Shown: positions 35,717-45,831 of the stretch, piece after piece
How the letters are laid out: each line of letters starts with the position of its first letter
Numbering within the stretch: the stretch's first letter is position 1
The notes under the pieces: model-generated
Seen by the model: only the letters and a program-made list of their open reading frames with translations
Database searches by the model: none
Told to the model about the DNA's origin: nothing
Assembly: GCA_016291495.1 (NCBI GenBank)
Contig: JAEEXI010000002.1
Location: 113,880 to 177,879 of the forward strand
Source: Prevotella sp.
Lineage (GTDB): Bacteria; Bacteroidota; Bacteroidia; Bacteroidales; Bacteroidaceae
DNA length: 64,000 bases
Direction: 5' to 3'
Position numbers and translations under genes: made by a program

Positions 35717-37282
35717 TTACATCGGAATATTACCATGTTTCTTGGCCGGCAGTGCATCGCGCTTGGTAGCCAGCTGAGCAAGAGCACGACAGATGCGGAA
35801 ACGAGTGTTGCGTGGTTCGATGACATCGTCGATATAGCCGTACTTAGCAGCCTGATAAGGATTAGCGAAGAGTTCGTTGTACTCCTCCTCCTTCTCGGCG
35901 ATGAAGGCCTTCACATCCTCACCAGCCTCTTTCTTGGCCTTGGCTTCTTTGGCGTAGAGGACTGCAGCGGCACCAGAAGCACCCATCACAGCAATCTCGG
36001 CAGAAGGCCAAGCGTAGTTGAGGTCGGTATGCAGTTGCTTAGAACCCATCACGATGTGTGAACCACCGTATGACTTACGCAGGGTAACGGTAATCTTGGG
36101 TACAGTTGCCTCTCCGTAAGCGTAGAGCAGCTGGGCACCGTGCAGGATAACAGCGTTGTACTCCTGACCTGTACCTGGCAGGAATCCTGGAACGTCAACT
36201 AATGATACGATAGGAATATTGAAGGCATCGCAGAAACGTACGAAGCGGGCACCCTTACGAGAAGCGTTTACGTCAAGCACACCCGCATAGCATGAAGGCT
36301 GGTTAGCGACGATACCCACACTCTGACCATTGAAGCGGGCAAAACCTACGATGATGTTCTTGGCAAACTTAGGCTGTACCTCGAAGAACTCGTTGTCGTC
36401 GGTGATAGCCGAAATGACCTTATACATATCATAAGCCTCGTTGGGGTTCTCGGGGATAATCTCGTTCAGCGAATCCTCCAGACGGTCGATGGGGTCTGTA
36501 CACTTCTTGCGTGGAGCCAACTCCATGTTGTTAGAAGGAATATAGCTCAACAGTGTCTTTAGCATCTCAACGGCTTCCTCTTCAGTCTTGGCAGTGAAGT
36601 GAGTCACACCACTCTTAGAGGCGTGTACGCTGGCACCACCGAGGTGCTCTTGGTCAATATCCTCACCAGTAACGGTCTTCACTACCTTCGGACCCGTGAG
36701 GAACATATATGACGTACCTTCCATCATCAGGGTGAAGTCGGTGAGGGCAGGGGAGTAAACGGCGCCACCTGCACAGGGACCAAAGATACCGGAAATCTGT
36801 GGAATGACACCAGATGCTAGGATGTTACGCTCGAAAATCTCAGCATAACCGGCCAGTGCGTTAATTCCTTCCTGTATACGGGCACCTCCAGAGTCGTTGA
36901 TACCAATGACAGGAGCGCCCATCTTCATGGCCATATCCATGACCTTGCAGATCTTCTGACTCATGGTCTCTGACAAAGAACCTGCATGAACGGTGAAGTC
37001 CTGTGCAAAGATGAATACCAGACGTCCGTCAATGGTACCACTACCTGCAACGACACCGTCGCCAAGGAACTGTTTCTTCTCCATGCCGAAGTTATGACAG
37101 CGATGCTCCTTGAACATGTCATACTCTTCGAAGGAACCTTTGTCAAGCAGCATCTCTATACGTTCACGGGCTGTATACTTTCCTTTGTCGTGCTGCTTCT
37201 GTATAGCTTTCTCACCACCACCGAGACGAGCTTGCTCACGCTTCTCGATGAGTTGTTTGATTTTTTCTAATTGCTTGCTCAT
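35717..37282 (-). CDS. mmdA: Acyl-CoA carboxyltransferase (methylmalonyl-CoA decarboxylase alpha / PCC beta)
   Basis: [48 protein letters not shown]. Confidence 0.88.
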   Translation of the reverse strand: MSKQLEKIKQLIEKREQARLGGGEKAIQKQHDKGKYTARERIEMLLDKGSFEEYDMFKEHRCHNFGMEKKQFLGDGVVAGSGTIDGRLVFIFAQDFTVHAGSLSETMSQKICKVMDMAMKMGAPVIGINDSGGARIQEGINALAGYAEIFERNILASGVIPQISGIFGPCAGGAVYSPALTDFTLMMEGTSYMFLTGPKVVKTVTGEDIDQEHLGGASVHASKSGVTHFTAKTEEEAVEMLKTLLSYIPSNNMELAPRKKCTDPIDRLEDSLNEIIPENPNEAYDMYKVISAITDDNEFFEVQPKFAKNIIVGFARFNGQSVGIVANQPSCYAGVLDVNASRKGARFVRFCDAFNIPIVSLVDVPGFLPGTGQEYNAVILHGAQLLYAYGEATVPKITVTLRKSYGGSHIVMGSKQLHTDLNYAWPSAEIAVMGASGAAAVLYAKEAKAKKEAGEDVKAFIAEKEEEYNELFANPYQAAKYGYIDDVIEPRNTRFRICRALAQLATKRDALPAKKHGNIPM

Positions 37283-37289
37283 AATGATA

Positions 37290-37694
37290 TTAATGTTCAC
37301 AAAGTTCAGTTAAAATACCTGCTGTTGATTTCGGATGCAGGAAAGCGATGTTCAGGTTCTCGGCACCCTTGCGAGGCTTCTCGTCGATGAGGCGAACGCC
37401 CTTCTCGCTGACCTCAGCCAGTGCGTTGGCAACACCATCCTCTACGCAGAAGGCTACATGGTGAACACCCTTGTTACCTTTGTCGAGCCACTTCTGGATA
37501 GTGCTTTCAGGAGATGTCGGTTCCAGCAGTTCCAGTTTCACCTCACCACACTTCAGAAAGGCGGTCTTTACTTTCTGATCCTCTACCGTTTCGACGGCAT
37601 AACACTTCAGACCCAGCACGTTCTCGAAGTACGGCAGGCTCTCTTCAATGCTCTGGACAGCAATGCCCAGATGCTCAATGTGTGAAATCTTCAT
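37290..37694 (-). CDS. mce: Methylmalonyl-CoA epimerase
   Basis: [35 protein letters not shown]. Confidence 0.95.
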   Translation of the reverse strand: MKISHIEHLGIAVQSIEESLPYFENVLGLKCYAVETVEDQKVKTAFLKCGEVKLELLEPTSPESTIQKWLDKGNKGVHHVAFCVEDGVANALAEVSEKGVRLIDEKPRKGAENLNIAFLHPKSTAGILTELCEH

Positions 37695-37728
37695 ATTGTT
37701 AATAATATTAATTGTATAAATAATAGTG

Positions 37729-37736
37729 CAAAGATA
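37729..37736 (-). promoter_or_regulatory. -7 box for the mce operon
   Basis: TATCTTTG on the minus strand. Confidence 0.7.
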
Positions 37737-37747
37737 CAATTATTATT

Positions 37748-37782
37748 TAAGAACTAAGAATTAAGAATCAATAATTAATGAT
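37748..37782. repeat. Heptamer array TAAGAAT-like x5
   Basis: taagaac taagaat taagaat caataat taatgat. Confidence 0.75.
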
Positions 37783-37784
37783 TA

Positions 37785-40169
37785 TTAAAACTCGACAATG
37801 ACCTTTCCATTGATTTGTCTGCCTGTCAGGTAGTTTGGAACAGCATATTGATGATTGGTCACATCAGTTACCCAATAGTAGCTATTGACATTTGAAATTC
37901 CGAAAATATTCAGTCCGTCAATACCTACCCAAACTTTCCTAATACCAAAGGAAGAGCGGTCCTCGTTGCGCTGATAAGCGAGGTAACTCATACCGATATC
38001 TGCTCGTTTGTAGGCGGGAGCACGGAATTGTTGGTATTCCAATCCTCTGTGTGGAGGTCCGAAGGGAAGTCCGTCTGCAAAGGCGAGTCGCAAGGTCATC
38101 TTCCATCGTTCTGTACCAGGGAAATAGTCGGTAAAGTGGAGATTCACACCCCATCGCTGGTCGGTAGGTAGTGGTACACTGATTCCGTTAATTTTCTGGC
38201 GTGTACTCATGAGTGAGAAGGTTAACCAGGAGTCAGTGCCTGGCACAAACTCACCATAGAGCTTTAGGTCAAGACCTGCCGCATAACCTTTAGCCATATT
38301 CTGTCCATAATATACCACCTTCATGTTTTGTACGTTATATGGTACGAGGTTATCCATGATTTTATAGTATGCCTCAGCCGTAAAACGGAAAGGACGGTTC
38401 GCCATACGGAAACGATAGTCAAAGGCCCCGACAATATGGATAGAACGTTGGCTCTTGATATCCTTGTTCAACGCGACGATGGTCTTTCCGTTGATTGTTG
38501 TTGTGTCACGCAGTTCTTTATAGAAGGGGGCCTGATAATAGATACCCGTTGACAAACGGAAAGTCATGTTCTCATTGAAACCAGGTATCATGGCCAAAGA
38601 TAGGCGAGGTGAGATAATTGTTTCTTTGTTATAACTCCAATTGGCAAGTCTCACTCCTACATTAAGTGTCCACAGGTTAGGTTTTTCTGTATTACCTGTC
38701 TGGAAACGGTAGGTGTCTTGTAAGTAGGCTTCTATGCGTGTGGATGATATTTTGTTTTTTGAAGCCAATGAATAAATGAGATCCAGTCTCTCACCAGTAT
38801 GTGGAATACTATAGCCGCTAGAGTCACGCATCTCATATTCTTTTGCGTTCTCCTCGATGTTTTCCAATTTCATGGTGAAACCACCTTCTATGTCATGTCT
38901 CTTTGCCTTATGGTTGACAGTCAGTTTGATACTTTCCACATTGGCGGTAAGATAGTTTCGGGCATGTTCCATATAGGTTCCTACGCCCAGGTTTTCCGTC
39001 GTCTGTGTATCGTCCAGCCAATACTGGCCTTGTATATCGTAGGTCTCTTGTTCTTTTGTATGGAACGCTGCTGCCTGTAGTTTTACATGCGTTTTCTCTG
39101 TAGGATGATAAGTGATAGAGGCTGTTCCAAAGAGGGTACGGAAAATATCTTTTTCCTGTCCGTCGAAGTAAACTTTGAACGACTTTACTTCCTGCATTGT
39201 ACCGAAAGAGGTCTCACGGTCGCTGGGTACAAAATTATAGTGGTTCTCCGATATGTTTCCAATGACTTCCAAGTCCCATCGTTTATTAGGACTCCATGTT
39301 ATATAGGTCTGGTAGTCAAGAAAGTTTGGTCTGTATTCGCCTTTTGTCTCTAGCGACCCTAAGAGATAGCGGTTTGTTTTATAGCGTACGCCATGACTCA
39401 TAGAGAATTTCTTATTACCATAGCCCACAAACACACTGCCTCCCAGAAGTGAGGCTTGAAGATTTCCTTCCAGCCGAGTAGGCTTACGATATTGGATATC
39501 CAAGGCGCTGGACATCTTGTCGCCGTATTTCGCTTCAAAACCACCGGAAGAGAAACCGATTTTCTCTACCATATCGCTGTTGATGACAGAAAGTCCCTCT
39601 TGTTGTCCGCTACGGATAAGCAAGGGACGATAGATTTCTGTTCCGTTGATGTATACGGAGTTCTCATCGAAAGAGCCTCCTCTCACATTATACTGGCTAG
39701 ACAATTCATTATGTGTCGATACACCAGCCTGTTGTTGTACCAGTTCTTCTACAGCATTTCCCGTTGTAGAGGGATTCTGACGAAGATCCTTAGTGTTCAG
39801 CTGGTCTGTTCCCGTTGTTTGCCGGCGCTTCTCTGTCACTACCACCTCGTCTAATTCTTTCATAGGGTGTAGGGTAACAAGCAAACGCTGTTTCCCTTTG
39901 GGGTTGCGGAGCACACGAGTACGTGTCTGGAAACCTATCATCGAGAATTTTACGACGACAGAGTCAGCCGACTTTAGGGTCAGGGAATATTCACCCTTTA
40001 GGTTGGCAACGGTCACGGCTCCTTGTTCAAGACAACTTACAGTAGCCAGTTCAATAGCATTACCTTCCTCGTCGCTCACAGTTCCAGAGAGGGTAAACGA
40101 CTGAGCATGCATCATTGTACTGCCCATGAGCAGTAAAAGTATAGTGAGAATGGTATATTTTCTTTTCAT
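37785..40169 (-). CDS. TonB-dependent receptor-like outer membrane protein with N-terminal CarboxypepD_reg-like domain
   Basis: Signal peptide, LDEVVV, YNVRGGSFDEN plug motif, C-terminal F. Confidence 0.85.
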   Translation of the reverse strand: MKRKYTILTILLLLMGSTMMHAQSFTLSGTVSDEEGNAIELATVSCLEQGAVTVANLKGEYSLTLKSADSVVVKFSMIGFQTRTRVLRNPKGKQRLLVTLHPMKELDEVVVTEKRRQTTGTDQLNTKDLRQNPSTTGNAVEELVQQQAGVSTHNELSSQYNVRGGSFDENSVYINGTEIYRPLLIRSGQQEGLSVINSDMVEKIGFSSGGFEAKYGDKMSSALDIQYRKPTRLEGNLQASLLGGSVFVGYGNKKFSMSHGVRYKTNRYLLGSLETKGEYRPNFLDYQTYITWSPNKRWDLEVIGNISENHYNFVPSDRETSFGTMQEVKSFKVYFDGQEKDIFRTLFGTASITYHPTEKTHVKLQAAAFHTKEQETYDIQGQYWLDDTQTTENLGVGTYMEHARNYLTANVESIKLTVNHKAKRHDIEGGFTMKLENIEENAKEYEMRDSSGYSIPHTGERLDLIYSLASKNKISSTRIEAYLQDTYRFQTGNTEKPNLWTLNVGVRLANWSYNKETIISPRLSLAMIPGFNENMTFRLSTGIYYQAPFYKELRDTTTINGKTIVALNKDIKSQRSIHIVGAFDYRFRMANRPFRFTAEAYYKIMDNLVPYNVQNMKVVYYGQNMAKGYAAGLDLKLYGEFVPGTDSWLTFSLMSTRQKINGISVPLPTDQRWGVNLHFTDYFPGTERWKMTLRLAFADGLPFGPPHRGLEYQQFRAPAYKRADIGMSYLAYQRNEDRSSFGIRKVWVGIDGLNIFGISNVNSYYWVTDVTNHQYAVPNYLTGRQINGKVIVEF

Positions 40170-40223
40170 CACTATAAATAACGTAAGACAAATGAATTTA
40201 TTATTTGCAATAGCCAATAGTCA

Positions 40224-41207
40224 TCACTCTCTCCACCACCATGAGGCGAGCGCATTGACCCATCGGATGCTGATACGAAACCAACGGAAACCTGTCACCT
40301 CTTTGCCTCCGAAACTGAGAATGAAGTCGCGATATGGATTGCGACGGAAGGGGAGCCCTACGTCCACGAAACGGAAATGCTGCATACCTTCTTCCTGTGC
40401 CTGTTTGATAGCATTCCATATTGTTACGGCATTCGGGTGTAGCATTGCATAACTCTTCCTTCGTGAGGCGGAATACCAGAGAAACATGTCTCCCTCAGAA
40501 TGTACACATGCACAACAGCCAATCACTTTTTCTTTATATTTTGTAATGAACAAACGGCACCGCTGACTATCCATCATTCCCTGAAAGAAAGTATCTGCCG
40601 GCAAATGGCGTCTTGGTTTCAGCCAATTATGTCTGCGCAGTAGTTTCGAGAACTCTTGAAATTCCTCTTTTGTTTCTACCAACTTGGTTACGGCCCCTCG
40701 CTCTTGTGCAGCCTCAATACGTTTCATCTGCCGTTCCGTGATACGTTCCTCAGCTGTTTTTGAATGCAGTGAGTTGTGGATGTTCATCCATTTTACATGG
40801 AAGAATCTCATACGTCTTAGTTCCTTGTAGCCAAACATTTTCTGAGAGAGGTGACTGAACTCAATATAGAGTGTCCGGTTCTGCATTCGTTCTGTGATGG
40901 CCTCTGCCATCAGTCCGAACATTTGTTGTTTGCGATGCTCCTCGTCTGCCAGGTGAAACACACCTTCACCAATCACCCTGACGTGCATATATATATAAGG
41001 TGGAATCCATGATCTCCGATAATACATGATAGCCAACATATGAGCCACCACAGTCCCGTTAGCTTCTGTTACCACTGCCATAAAAGGCTTTTGGCGTGGT
41101 GTTCGTTCACAGAGTTCCATCAGTTCCTTACTGTGGAAATAGTTACCGTCGGGCATCTTTGGTAACTCTGTGGTGTGCTCATAGATAATGACTTTCAGTT
41201 CTTTCAT
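40224..41207 (-). CDS. GNAT/FemAB-like protein
   Basis: YLWYSAS-like segment, FVDVGLPF, FILSFGG. Confidence 0.7.
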   Translation of the reverse strand: MKELKVIIYEHTTELPKMPDGNYFHSKELMELCERTPRQKPFMAVVTEANGTVVAHMLAIMYYRRSWIPPYIYMHVRVIGEGVFHLADEEHRKQQMFGLMAEAITERMQNRTLYIEFSHLSQKMFGYKELRRMRFFHVKWMNIHNSLHSKTAEERITERQMKRIEAAQERGAVTKLVETKEEFQEFSKLLRRHNWLKPRRHLPADTFFQGMMDSQRCRLFITKYKEKVIGCCACVHSEGDMFLWYSASRRKSYAMLHPNAVTIWNAIKQAQEEGMQHFRFVDVGLPFRRNPYRDFILSFGGKEVTGFRWFRISIRWVNALASWWWRE

Positions 41208-41309
41208 GGGGGTAAAGTTACAAATATTAGTGATAAAAACCAAATTAATTTGGATTTTTTCCCATAAATCATTATATTTGCACCGTCATAAACTAAAAAA
41301 CGAATAACC

Positions 41310-41825
41310 ATGAAGCGAATCATTCTTTTCTTCAGTTTTTTCCTGATGTGTTGTGTCTGTTGGTCTCAGAAGTTGATAACTCCTAGTGAACTGATAGTGG
41401 TCTATGCCACTTCTGACGATGGTTTCTTGAATGTACGTGAAGCTCCGTCCAGTAAGGCAAGGATATTAGGAACCTTGCCCTTATGTTTCCACGGTTTAGG
41501 GCGTGGTATCCTATTGGAGTCTGGTGAGCGATGGAGCAAGGTCAAAATCGAAAATGATATTGTGGGCTGGGTATATAATAAGTATTTAGGCTATCAGTCA
41601 TGGTATGAAGGGAAAGGTAAACCTAAACTCGTTGCCAAGTATGCTCCAACTCTTCTTTATACGGATAATTATGCTGATGACGGTCCCAAGTATATCCCAT
41701 ATGGTACCGTCCGTCAAGGTTTGATTCTTGCCGATGAATACGAATTGCTTGAAGACGGCTATTACGTCCTAAAGACAGGGCACGACTATCTCTTCATCAA
41801 ACAGACAGACGTTGACGTGGAGTAA
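41310..41825 (+). CDS. Secreted SH3-domain protein
   Basis: Signal peptide; DGFLNVREAPSSKARILG...WSKV...GWVYNKYL; TATATTTG at 41273-80. Confidence 0.78.
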   Translation: MKRIILFFSFFLMCCVCWSQKLITPSELIVVYATSDDGFLNVREAPSSKARILGTLPLCFHGLGRGILLESGERWSKVKIENDIVGWVYNKYLGYQSWYEGKGKPKLVAKYAPTLLYTDNYADDGPKYIPYGTVRQGLILADEYELLEDGYYVLKTGHDYLFIKQTDVDVE

Positions 41826-42452
41826 CTATCGCTTGTCGATGTATTTGTAGCCGTTTTGGTATTGCGATTTCGGGAAGGTGAAGAAGCTGTCTGTGATGCC
41901 TCCCACCTTGAAATTGCTAATCTTGATGGTGGTATGGAAGATACCGACTTTGACACGCACGTTGATAGGGTAGTGGGTATAGTGGTCCAGCAGGACACGG
42001 GCCTCCTTGATACCCTTGACTCCTTTCTTTGCCTTTAACGTGATATAGTAGCCCTTCTTCGGATCGTCCTTGATACTATAGGTATAGTTGTCAGGCGTGA
42101 ACTTAAACTTGGCGGCATACTTGTCACGTTCTTCGGAATGGGCATCATAGACGGTGATCGTCTTTTTCTTCCGCTCTAAACGGTAATAGGTGACATCGTC
42201 GTTCCATGCGATATATTTCTCGTCTACAAACTTACTCTTCTTGCCTTTTGTCCAGATGGTTCCCTCTGTCTTGTAAATTCCAATGATATTCACGGAATAA
42301 TGCAACTGGGATCCCTCGGGTCCAAACACCATCTCGTAAGCCTGATTGAACATCCGTCGTGCCTGTTGGGCATTAGGAGAATCCTGTGCTTGCATTCCCA
42401 ATGAGAATAACAAGCACAGGATTATAAGGGGGATAGAAAATCTAACTTTCAA
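41826..42452 (-). CDS. Hypothetical secreted protein, possibly LolA-like fold
   Basis: Signal peptide; beta-rich; start codon uncertain because it lies in a heptamer array. Confidence 0.65.
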   Translation of the reverse strand: MKVRFSIPLIILCLLFSLGMQAQDSPNAQQARRMFNQAYEMVFGPEGSQLHYSVNIIGIYKTEGTIWTKGKKSKFVDEKYIAWNDDVTYYRLERKKKTITVYDAHSEERDKYAAKFKFTPDNYTYSIKDDPKKGYYITLKAKKGVKGIKEARVLLDHYTHYPINVRVKVGIFHTTIKISNFKVGGITDSFFTFPKSQYQNGYKYIDKR

Positions 42453-42476
42453 TTCTTAACTTTTAACTATGAATTA
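42442..42476. repeat. Heptamer array TTAACTT-like x5 overlapping the carB2 stop
   Basis: ctaactt tcaattc ttaactt ttaacta tgaatta. Confidence 0.75.
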
Positions 42477-45400
42477 TATTCCTGCCAGCTCTTGATTTTA
42501 ATGTCCTCTTCTTTCATGGCAGTGAATGCTTCAATGAAGGCCTTGGCGAGACGGACATTCGTCATCAATGGGATATTATGGTCAATGGCACCACGACGGA
42601 TGCGGTAACCGTTGGTCAACTCACGCTTGGTGTGGTTCTTCGGAACATTGACGATGAGGTCGAAAGCGTGGTTGGCAATCATGTCCATGACGTTGTTCTC
42701 ACCGTTCTCGTCAGGCCAGCATACTGCAGTAGCCTCTACACCGTTCTCGTTGAAGAATTTGGCAGTACCGCCAGTAGCGAATACCTGATAGCCCTTCTGA
42801 ACCAGTTGCTTGGCAGGCTCCAGCAGACTGACCTTTCCCTTGGCAGCACCACTGGAGATCAATACGCTCTTCTTCGGTAGACGATAACCGGTGGCGATAA
42901 GGGCATTGAGCAGCGCCTCGTTGAGATCGTCACCTAGACAGCCAACCTCACCTGTAGAACTCATATCCACACCCAGTACAGGATCGGCATTCTGCAGGCG
43001 GGCAAACGAGAATTGTGATGCTTTCACACCGATTCGGTCAATGTCGAACTCACTCTTCTCCGGTTTCTGGTAAGGAGCGTCGAGCATGATCTTCGTAGCC
43101 GTCTCGATGAAGTTACGCTTCAGAATCTTCGATACGAAGGGGAACGAACGGCTGGCACGGAGGTTACACTCAATGACCTTCACCTCACGGTTCTTAGCCA
43201 GGAACTGGATATTGAACGGACCACTGATGTTCAGTTCGGCAGCAATCTTGCGAGAAATCTTCTTTATTTGACGGATGGTCGAGAAGTAGATGTGCTGGGC
43301 AGGGAATATCATGGTGGCGTCACCAGAGTGTACACCAGCATACTCTACATGCTCGGAGATGGCGTACTCGACGACTTCTCCCTTGTCTGCAACAGCGTCA
43401 AACTCTATCTCCTTGGTATCGGTCATGAACTTCGAGATAACGACAGGGAATTCTTTCGAGACCTCCGTCGCCATGTTCAAGAAGCGGTGCAGTTCTTCAT
43501 CGTCATAGCAGACGTTCATAGCAGCACCAGAGAGCACATAAGAAGGACGTACTAAAACGGGATATCCTACCTCCTCCACAAATTCCTTCACATCCTCGAA
43601 CGAGGTAAGGGCGCGCCAGCGAGGCTGGTCGATACCAAGCTTGTCGAGCATGGCAGAGAACTTGTCGCGGTTCTCGGCCCGATCGATGTTCACAGGACTG
43701 GTACCCAATACGGGAACGCCCTGACGATACAGCTTCATGGCGAGGTTGTTGGGAATCTGTCCACCCACGCTGACGATAACACCGCGTGGCTGCTCCAGGT
43801 CGATGACATCCAGCACACGCTCCAACGACAACTCGTCGAAGTACAGGCGGTCGCACATGTCATAGTCGGTCGAGACTGTCTCGGGGTTATAGTTGATCAT
43901 GATGGACTTATAGCCCAGCTTTCGTGCCGTATTGATGGCATTCACCGAACACCAGTCGAACTCTACGGACGAACCGATACGATAGGCACCGGACCCCAGC
44001 ACGATAACCGATTTCTCGTTCTTGTAGTAGTTGATGTCGTGGGCAGCCGTATAGGGTTTGCCGTCGGGAGTGCCGAAGGCTGGGGTATGGGTGTATGTGA
44101 AATACAGGTAGTTTGTCAGTTCAGGATGCTCAGAAGCCACCGTTGGGATGCGCTTGACAGAGGGCAGGATACCCTTGGTCTTACGATACTGGCGGACGGC
44201 CAAGTTCTCCTTCTCCATATTGCCACCCTGTGGTTTCAGTACGAAACGGGCTATCTGGAAGTCGGAGAAGCCGCACTGCTTAACCTCTAATAATAATGAG
44301 GTTGGCAGTTCCTCAATTTTATTGTACTCCATCAACTGGTGTTTCAAGTCTACGATATGCTTCAGGCGCTCCAGGAACCACTTGTCAATTTTCGTCAGTT
44401 CCTCGATATGGTCGATGGTATAGCCTTCCTCCAGAGCCTGGGCAATGGCGAAGATGCGGAGGTCTGTCGGATTCGACAATGCGTCCTCCAGATTGTCGAA
44501 CTTCGTATGGTCATTGCCCACGAAACCGTGCATGCCTTGTCCGATCATACGCAATCCTTTCTGGATCATCTCTTCGAACGAGCGTCCGATAGACATGATT
44601 TCGCCGACGGACTTCATGCTCGAACCGATCAGACGGCTCACACCGGCGAATTTCGTCAGGTCCCAACGTGGAATCTTACAGATCATATAGTCGAGGCTCG
44701 GGGCCACATAGGCGCTACTGGTCGTACCCATCTCGCCAATCTGGTCGAGGGTGTAGCCGAGGGCAATCTTCGCTGCCACGAAGGCGAGGGGATAGCCTGT
44801 TGCCTTGGAGGCGAGAGCAGAGCTTCGGCTCAGACGGGCGTTGATTTCAATGATGCGGTAGTCGTTGGTCTTCGCGTTGAAAGCGAACTGGATGTTACAC
44901 TCACCGATGATGCCTAAATGCTTCACACACTTAATCGTGATTTCCTGCAGCATTTTCACCTGCTCCTCAGTGAGCGAACAGGTGGGAGCTACGACGATAG
45001 ACTCACCGGTATGAATGCCGAGCGGGTCGAAGTTTTCCATCGAAGCCACTGTGAAGCAACGATCGTTGGCGTCGCGGATGCACTCGAACTCGATTTCCTT
45101 CCATCCCTTCAGCGACTCTTCCACCAGAATCTGTGGAGCGAAAGTGAAGGCACTCTCAGCCAGTTCCACGAAAGCTTTCTCGTCAGGACAGATACCTGAA
45201 CCCAGACCGCCCAGTGCATAAGCCGAACGGATCATGATGGGGAAGCCGATCTCACGGGCAGCCTTCAGTGCGTCGTCCATATTTTCTACGGCATGAGAAA
45301 CGGGTACCTTCAAGTCTACCTCGCCGAGTTTCTTTACGAAGAGGTCGCGGTCCTCCGTATTCATGATAGCCTCGACGCTGGTACCCAGCACTTCCACGCC

Positions 45401-45727
45401 ATACTCTTTCAATATACCTTTCTGATACAGTTCCGTACCGCAGTTCAGTGCGGTCTGTCCGCCAAAGGCTAGGAGAATGCCGTCAGGACGCTCCTTCTTG
45501 ATGATTTCCGTAACGAAATGAGTAGTTACTGGCTGGAAGTACACCTTGTCGGCGATGCCTTCCGATGTCTGGATCGTGGCGATGTTAGGGTTTACCAACA
45601 CGGAAGAGATACCTTCCTCACGCAATGCTTTCAGCGCTTGTGAGCCTGAGTAGTCAAACTCGCCGGCCTGTCCGATTTTAAGGGCACCCGAACCTAGCAC
45701 GAGTACTTTCTTTAATTGTTTCTTCAT
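42467..45727 (-). CDS. carB: Carbamoyl-phosphate synthase large subunit (copy 2, no adjacent carA)
   Basis: GSGALKIGQAGEFDYSGSQA and all CPS motifs. Confidence 0.97.
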   Translation of the reverse strand: MKKQLKKVLVLGSGALKIGQAGEFDYSGSQALKALREEGISSVLVNPNIATIQTSEGIADKVYFQPVTTHFVTEIIKKERPDGILLAFGGQTALNCGTELYQKGILKEYGVEVLGTSVEAIMNTEDRDLFVKKLGEVDLKVPVSHAVENMDDALKAAREIGFPIMIRSAYALGGLGSGICPDEKAFVELAESAFTFAPQILVEESLKGWKEIEFECIRDANDRCFTVASMENFDPLGIHTGESIVVAPTCSLTEEQVKMLQEITIKCVKHLGIIGECNIQFAFNAKTNDYRIIEINARLSRSSALASKATGYPLAFVAAKIALGYTLDQIGEMGTTSSAYVAPSLDYMICKIPRWDLTKFAGVSRLIGSSMKSVGEIMSIGRSFEEMIQKGLRMIGQGMHGFVGNDHTKFDNLEDALSNPTDLRIFAIAQALEEGYTIDHIEELTKIDKWFLERLKHIVDLKHQLMEYNKIEELPTSLLLEVKQCGFSDFQIARFVLKPQGGNMEKENLAVRQYRKTKGILPSVKRIPTVASEHPELTNYLYFTYTHTPAFGTPDGKPYTAAHDINYYKNEKSVIVLGSGAYRIGSSVEFDWCSVNAINTARKLGYKSIMINYNPETVSTDYDMCDRLYFDELSLERVLDVIDLEQPRGVIVSVGGQIPNNLAMKLYRQGVPVLGTSPVNIDRAENRDKFSAMLDKLGIDQPRWRALTSFEDVKEFVEEVGYPVLVRPSYVLSGAAMNVCYDDEELHRFLNMATEVSKEFPVVISKFMTDTKEIEFDAVADKGEVVEYAISEHVEYAGVHSGDATMIFPAQHIYFSTIRQIKKISRKIAAELNISGPFNIQFLAKNREVKVIECNLRASRSFPFVSKILKRNFIETATKIMLDAPYQKPEKSEFDIDRIGVKASQFSFARLQNADPVLGVDMSSTGEVGCLGDDLNEALLNALIATGYRLPKKSVLISSGAAKGKVSLLEPAKQLVQKGYQVFATGGTAKFFNENGVEATAVCWPDENGENNVMDMIANHAFDLIVNVPKNHTKRELTNGYRIRRGAIDHNIPLMTNVRLAKAFIEAFTAMKEEDIKIKSWQEYNS

Positions 45728-45831
45728 ATCGTAGATTAAAATTTTGTGCTAATTTCGGGCTACAAAATTACGCATATTTTTTCTAATGCCCAAGTCTTTT
45801 AATTATTTTTTCGTAACTTTTCATGTGAATT

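Noticed and set aside
23323-45727. carB copies as an assembly duplication
   Set aside because: The proteins and codon usage are clearly diverged, with indels
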